Below the pieces are notes generated by a model that searched no databases, had not been told where the DNA came from, and was given only the letters and a program-made list of their open reading frames with translations. Made by a program: the position numbers and the translations under genes. Source: an uncultured Saprospiraceae bacterium (GTDB taxonomy: Bacteria > Bacteroidota > Bacteroidia > Chitinophagales > Saprospiraceae). From it: a DNA stretch of 64,000 nucleotides. Positions within the stretch are counted from its first letter, which is position 1; each line of letters starts with the position of its first letter. The stretch is from positions 52,942 through 116,941 of the forward strand of contig CAYMFD010000001.1 in assembly GCA_964389475.1 (NCBI GenBank). Reading direction: 5' to 3'. Of this stretch, positions 59,719 through 64,000 are shown one piece after another.

Positions 59719-61899
59719 ATGACGATAAGACAAATAACGACTGCAGTACTCGTGATGCTATCCTTCGTATCGGTAGCGCAGGATAAGGCTTTCCCCTTTA
59801 CAGATAGTAAACTGTCTATCGAGCAGCGGGTAGATGACCTCATAGGCCGCTTGACGCTAGAAGAAAAGTCAGGCCTCCTCATGTTTAACTCACCAGCGGT
59901 ACCTCGCCTTGGTGTGCCGCACTACAACTGGTGGAACGAATGCCTACACGGTGTCGCTCGTAATGGTAAGGCGACTGTCTTTCCGCAGGCGATAGGCATG
60001 GCGGCTGCTTTTGACACCGACCTCATGCACCGCATCGCAGAGGCCATCGCCATAGAGGGTCGCGCCAAGTTTAACGTCAACCAAGAGCGAGGCTACACAG
60101 AGCAGTATGCCGGCCTTACGTATTGGTCGCCCAATGTCAATCTATTCAGAGACCCTAGGTGGGGTAGAGGGCAGGAAACATACGGAGAGGACCCATACCT
60201 GATCAGTAGGCTAGGTGTATCCTTTGTCAATGGCCTGCAGGGAGATGGGGACCAACTCAAGGTCGCAGCCATGGCCAAACACTACGCTGTACACAGCGGA
60301 CCCGAAAAACTCAGACATACCTTTGATGCCGTCGTATCTAGACACGACCTGTGGAATACCTACTTGCCTGCTTTTGAGGCACTAGTGGTAGAGGCCGATG
60401 TAGAAGGCGTCATGGGAGCATACAACAGGACGAATGGCGTTGCCTGCTGTGCCCACCCATACCTCATGCAAGACGTGTTGAGGGATAAGTGGCAGTTCGA
60501 TGGCTACTTCGTATCCGACTGCTGGGCCCTCCAGGACTTCTTCGAAGGTCATAAAATCACGCCAGACCGCAAGAGTGCAGCGGCGCTAGCGCTAAGTGTC
60601 GGCTGTAATCTCAATTGCGGCAATACCTACCCCGAGATCGTGGCTGCGATAGACTCCGGCTTGACGACCGAGGCAGTCGTGGACCAAAACCTACGAGAGC
60701 TTCTACCTACACGATTTAAGCTAGGACTCTTTGACAGGGGTGGCTCTCCGTATGATGATATCAGCATTGACAAAGTACGGTGTAAGGAGCATATAGACCT
60801 CACCTACGAGGCGGCCTCCAAGTCCATCGTCCTACTCAAAAACAAGGACAACACACTACCCCTAGACCCCAATCTCAGTAGCCTATTCGTCACTGGCCCT
60901 ACAGCTGCGGATGCTCAGGCATTACTGGCCAACTACTACGGCGTAAGTGATGACCTCAAGACGATGCTAGAAGGTATCGCTGGTAGCGTTTCCAACCATA
61001 CCGCCATACGCTACGTACAGGGTAACCTACTCGATAGGCCCAATGTCAACCCGATGGACTGGTACAGCGAGGAGGCCGAGGTGGCGGATGTAACGATTGC
61101 CTGCATGGGTATCACTCAGCTCCTAGAGGGCGAGGAAGGTGAGGCGATCGCTTCGTCGACATTCGGAGATCGGGAGATCATCACTCTGCCTCCACACCAG
61201 ATAGAATACCTCAAATTACTACGAACCAAAGCCAAGAAACTCATCGTCGTGATAACCGGTGGTAGCGCCATATCCATACCCGATGTACATGAGATGGCAG
61301 ACGCCGTCCTATATGCCTGGTACCCAGGCGAGCAGGGTGGTACAGCCCTCGGTGATATCCTTTTCGGTAAGGTGAGTCCGTCGGGCAAGCTGCCCGTCAC
61401 ATTCGTCAAGTCGATCGAGGACCTGCCTCCTTACGAGGACTACAATATGAAAGGCAGGACCTATCGATACATGGATGTCGAGCCGCTATATCCGTTTGGC
61501 TTTGGCCTTAGCTATGCCGACATCGACTATAGTAACATGACGGCCTCTGCCAAGACTATCCGCATAGGAGGTAAGCTAGAGGTCAGCGTAGATGTGACCA
61601 ATGGTACAGACATGGCGGCCGACGAGGTCGTACAGCTCTATATATCTAAGGTCGAGAAGTCACCTACAGATCCCCACCAGTCGCTCAAGGGCTTCGAGCG
61701 GGTTTCGCTCACAGCTTCTGGCAGTCAGACGGCCACCTTTAGTCTAGACGATACGGCATTTAGCCAGTACGACGACGAAGGCAACCTAGTACTCATCAAG
61801 GGAAAATACGAGGTGACGGTATCAAGTGCCGCACCTATCGACAGAGCTGCCGAGCTAGGCAGCCCGCAACGTCAGTCACTCCTTATCGAAGTCAAATAA
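59719..61899 (+). CDS. GH3 family glycoside hydrolase (beta-xylosidase or beta-glucosidase)
   Basis: It has the GH3 N-terminal motifs KHYAVHSGPE and GYFVSDCWAL (nucleophile Asp), plus the C-terminal alpha/beta and FnIII-like domains. There is a signal peptide. Confidence 0.85.
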   Translation: MTIRQITTAVLVMLSFVSVAQDKAFPFTDSKLSIEQRVDDLIGRLTLEEKSGLLMFNSPAVPRLGVPHYNWWNECLHGVARNGKATVFPQAIGMAAAFDTDLMHRIAEAIAIEGRAKFNVNQERGYTEQYAGLTYWSPNVNLFRDPRWGRGQETYGEDPYLISRLGVSFVNGLQGDGDQLKVAAMAKHYAVHSGPEKLRHTFDAVVSRHDLWNTYLPAFEALVVEADVEGVMGAYNRTNGVACCAHPYLMQDVLRDKWQFDGYFVSDCWALQDFFEGHKITPDRKSAAALALSVGCNLNCGNTYPEIVAAIDSGLTTEAVVDQNLRELLPTRFKLGLFDRGGSPYDDISIDKVRCKEHIDLTYEAASKSIVLLKNKDNTLPLDPNLSSLFVTGPTAADAQALLANYYGVSDDLKTMLEGIAGSVSNHTAIRYVQGNLLDRPNVNPMDWYSEEAEVADVTIACMGITQLLEGEEGEAIASSTFGDREIITLPPHQIEYLKLLRTKAKKLIVVITGGSAISIPDVHEMADAVLYAWYPGEQGGTALGDILFGKVSPSGKLPVTFVKSIEDLPPYEDYNMKGRTYRYMDVEPLYPFGFGLSYADIDYSNMTASAKTIRIGGKLEVSVDVTNGTDMAADEVVQLYISKVEKSPTDPHQSLKGFERVSLTASGSQTATFSLDDTAFSQYDDEGNLVLIKGKYEVTVSSAAPIDRAAELGSPQRQSLLIEVK

Positions 61900-61912
61900 T
61901 AAACCGGACGCT

Positions 61913-63853
61913 ATGTATTTAATAGGATATGATATCGGTAGCTCGTCTATAAAGACGTCACTCGTCCATGCAGAGACTAGGGAGGTTATAGGAGTCGTGC
62001 AGTACCCAGAGCAGGAGATGGAGATGATCTCTCGACAGAAAGGATGGGCCGAGCAGCAGCCAGAGCTCTGGTGGCGGTATGTATGTCTAGGTACTGAGAA
62101 GATCTTGCGTAATACCAAGGTAGATCCGGCCGATATCACCGCCATAGGCATCAGCTACCAGATGCACGGACTAGTCATCGTAGACAGCGAGCAGCAAGTA
62201 TTACGACCCGCCATTATCTGGTGTGATAGCCGCGCCGTATCGATCGGTGATCGGGCTTACGAGGCCATCGGTAAGACCTACTGCCTCGAGCACTACCAGA
62301 ACTCGCCAGGCAACTTTACGGCTAGTAAGCTCAAGTGGGTCAAGGATAACGAACCAGACATATACCGCAAGGCGCATAAGATTATGCTGCCTGGCGACTT
62401 TATAGCCATGAAGCTCTCTGGCGAGATATCCACGACGGTGTCGGGACTATCAGAAGGTATCCTTTGGGACTTTAAGACCAAGCGTGTCGCCACTCGCCTC
62501 CTAGAGCACTATGACATCGACCAAGATTTGATACCAGAGGTCAAGCCTACGTTTAGCGTATCAGGACGAGTATCTGCCTCAGCTGCTAAGCAGACAGGCC
62601 TCCTAGAAGGTACGGCCGTATCGTATAGAGCAGGCGATCAGCCCAATAATGCGATGAGTCTCAATGTCTTGCGACCAGGAGAGGTAGCGGCGACGAGTGG
62701 TACATCCGGCGTCGTATACGGCGTAGTCGATAAGACCGTAGTGGATGAGGACTCCCGCGTCAATGCCTTCGCCCACGTAAATCATACGAGTAAGCGTACC
62801 CGTACAGGCGTCCTACTCTGTATCAACGGTGCAGGTATACAGTACAGTTGGCTACGTAACCAAGTAGCTAGACCCAACCGCAGTTACGATGATATGGAAC
62901 GGATGCTGTCCTGCGTACCTGTCGGTTCTGAGGGTGTACTGATCTTTCCTTTTGGGAATGGTGCAGAACGTATTTTCCAAAACCGAAACATCGAAAGTCA
63001 TATATCGAATATTGAGTTCAATAGACATACTCGGGCTCACATCTACAGGGCAGCCATCGAGGGAGTAGCCTTCGCATTCGTACACGGTATAGAGATCCTC
63101 AAGTCACTGGGTATCTCTGTCAAAAGACTCAAGGTCGGTAATGACAATATGTTCCAGTCGGAGGTATTCTCTACGACGATAGCCACACTGCTAGACATCG
63201 AGATCGAGGTATACAATACGACCGGAGCGGTAGGGGCAGCACTAGCGTCTGGGTATGGTAATGGGCAGTACGAGTCTATCGAGAAAGCACTAGCGCCTAT
63301 CAAGCCCGTCAAGCGATACAGTGCGGCGAGTAATGTAGGGGAGTATATGCAGGCCTACCATTACTGGAAAGACCAACTAGACCTGACCCTCAAGCATAGA
63401 TCTATGGTATCAGACTATGAGCGAGAGGAGCTGGTACAAAAGGATAAGCTGATCGCTAAGCAGTCCCTCATACTCGAGGAGCAGCGGCGTAAGCTAGAAG
63501 AGATGAAGACCTACCTGGACTACATCAAGCATGATGGTCAGAATAAAAGTCTCGACCAAATGATATCGAGACTAGAGCGAAACGACAGAGATGTAGAGAA
63601 TATGGCGGACCACGTCGACCTCCTACTAGATCCATATATCGAGAATCTCAGGACCCTATACCCTGATCTCAGCTATGAGGAATTAAAGATGTGTAACTAC
63701 CTCAAACTCAAATTTACCACCAAGGAGATAGCCGACAAACTCAACTTGTCCTACAGAGGTGCTGAGACCAAGCGGTATCGACTACGTAAGAAGATGAGCA
63801 TCAGAAAGGGCACCTCTTTATCCTCATTTTTGGGATCGATCCCAAGCACTTAG
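61913..63853 (+). CDS. FGGY carbohydrate kinase (xylulokinase-like) fused to a C-terminal coiled-coil and a LuxR-type HTH domain
   Basis: Residues 1 to ~495 show FGGY motifs (LIGYDIGSSSIKTSL, HGLVIVD, GTSGVVYGV). Residues ~500 to 646 are a coiled coil followed by LSYEELKMCNYLKLKFTTKEIADKLNLSYRGAETKRYRLRKKM. That segment matches the Bacteroidota LuxR-like HTH variant (SxRGVETxRYRxRKKL). Confidence 0.65.
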   Translation: MYLIGYDIGSSSIKTSLVHAETREVIGVVQYPEQEMEMISRQKGWAEQQPELWWRYVCLGTEKILRNTKVDPADITAIGISYQMHGLVIVDSEQQVLRPAIIWCDSRAVSIGDRAYEAIGKTYCLEHYQNSPGNFTASKLKWVKDNEPDIYRKAHKIMLPGDFIAMKLSGEISTTVSGLSEGILWDFKTKRVATRLLEHYDIDQDLIPEVKPTFSVSGRVSASAAKQTGLLEGTAVSYRAGDQPNNAMSLNVLRPGEVAATSGTSGVVYGVVDKTVVDEDSRVNAFAHVNHTSKRTRTGVLLCINGAGIQYSWLRNQVARPNRSYDDMERMLSCVPVGSEGVLIFPFGNGAERIFQNRNIESHISNIEFNRHTRAHIYRAAIEGVAFAFVHGIEILKSLGISVKRLKVGNDNMFQSEVFSTTIATLLDIEIEVYNTTGAVGAALASGYGNGQYESIEKALAPIKPVKRYSAASNVGEYMQAYHYWKDQLDLTLKHRSMVSDYEREELVQKDKLIAKQSLILEEQRRKLEEMKTYLDYIKHDGQNKSLDQMISRLERNDRDVENMADHVDLLLDPYIENLRTLYPDLSYEELKMCNYLKLKFTTKEIADKLNLSYRGAETKRYRLRKKMSIRKGTSLSSFLGSIPST

Positions 63854-64000
63854 GATAGGGTAGCGAAGGCGGTCTCCTAGCAGGACCAATCACGGTCGAG
63901 TAGGGGGTCGTGCGGATTAATTAATCAGAAACAAAAGCATAATAACTTAGGCATTAATGGAATACTTCAAGGGAATCAACAAGATCGGTTACGATGGCAA

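Noticed and set aside
1-64000. Search for a CRISPR array, transposase, integrase or phage genes that would mark a mobile island
   Set aside because: No short regularly spaced direct repeats, no DDE or tyrosine-recombinase motifs, and no phage structural genes were seen in any frame. The repeats found are intergenic elements and a gene-cassette-like duplication, not a recognisable mobile element.

Overview
This is a 64-kb window from a Bacteroidota chromosome. The phylum assignment rests on a compact ~288-aa primary sigma factor, SusC/SusD pairs, several proteins with C-terminal T9SS sorting domains, no Shine-Dalgarno usage and ~50% GC. It is gene dense with about 50 CDS.

From the left, a housekeeping block comes first: a purM 3' fragment, rpoD/sigA, an S41 peptidase and tsaB. 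Next are two tandem ArsR-like regulators followed by an alkaline phosphatase, and an FkbM methyltransferase.

A minus-strand operon follows, running DUF2064 > nucleoside hydrolase > MtnK-like kinase > SusC > SusD. It looks like a nucleoside/methylthioadenosine-scavenging locus resembling a PUL (polysaccharide-utilization locus).

A starch-related pair comes next: a SusE/F-like lipoprotein and a GH13 amylase with a T9SS C-terminal domain. After these come fabI, a threonine aldolase, a bifunctional nuclease with a UVR domain, and a TPR sensor kinase paired with a LuxR-type response regulator.

A tRNA region carries tRNA-Gln and tRNA-Glu plus rearranged tRNA-like fragments. An RtcB RNA ligase gene lies next to it, divergently paired with an HTH-WYL regulator. 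A LytS/LytTR two-component system with two small membrane proteins follows.

An Arch_ATPase/DUF234-type ATPase gene is bracketed by 108-bp direct repeats and long hairpins, as if it were a gene cassette.

The right-hand ~15 kb is a xylan-type PUL: SusC, SusD, an IPT/TIG lipoprotein, a 985-aa protein built from five CBM-like repeats with a T9SS CTD, a GH10 xylanase with a T9SS CTD, a GH3 enzyme, and an FGGY xylulokinase carrying a coiled-coil plus LuxR-type HTH extension.

Non-coding findings are a 170-bp element with terminal inverted repeats present in two copies 7.4 kb apart, a 172-bp tandem duplication, and two minus-strand terminators enclosing about 360 nt of unannotated sequence downstream of rtcB.

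No CRISPR array, transposase or integrase was seen. All functional calls come from motif-level reading of the translated ORFs, and none was confirmed by a database search.
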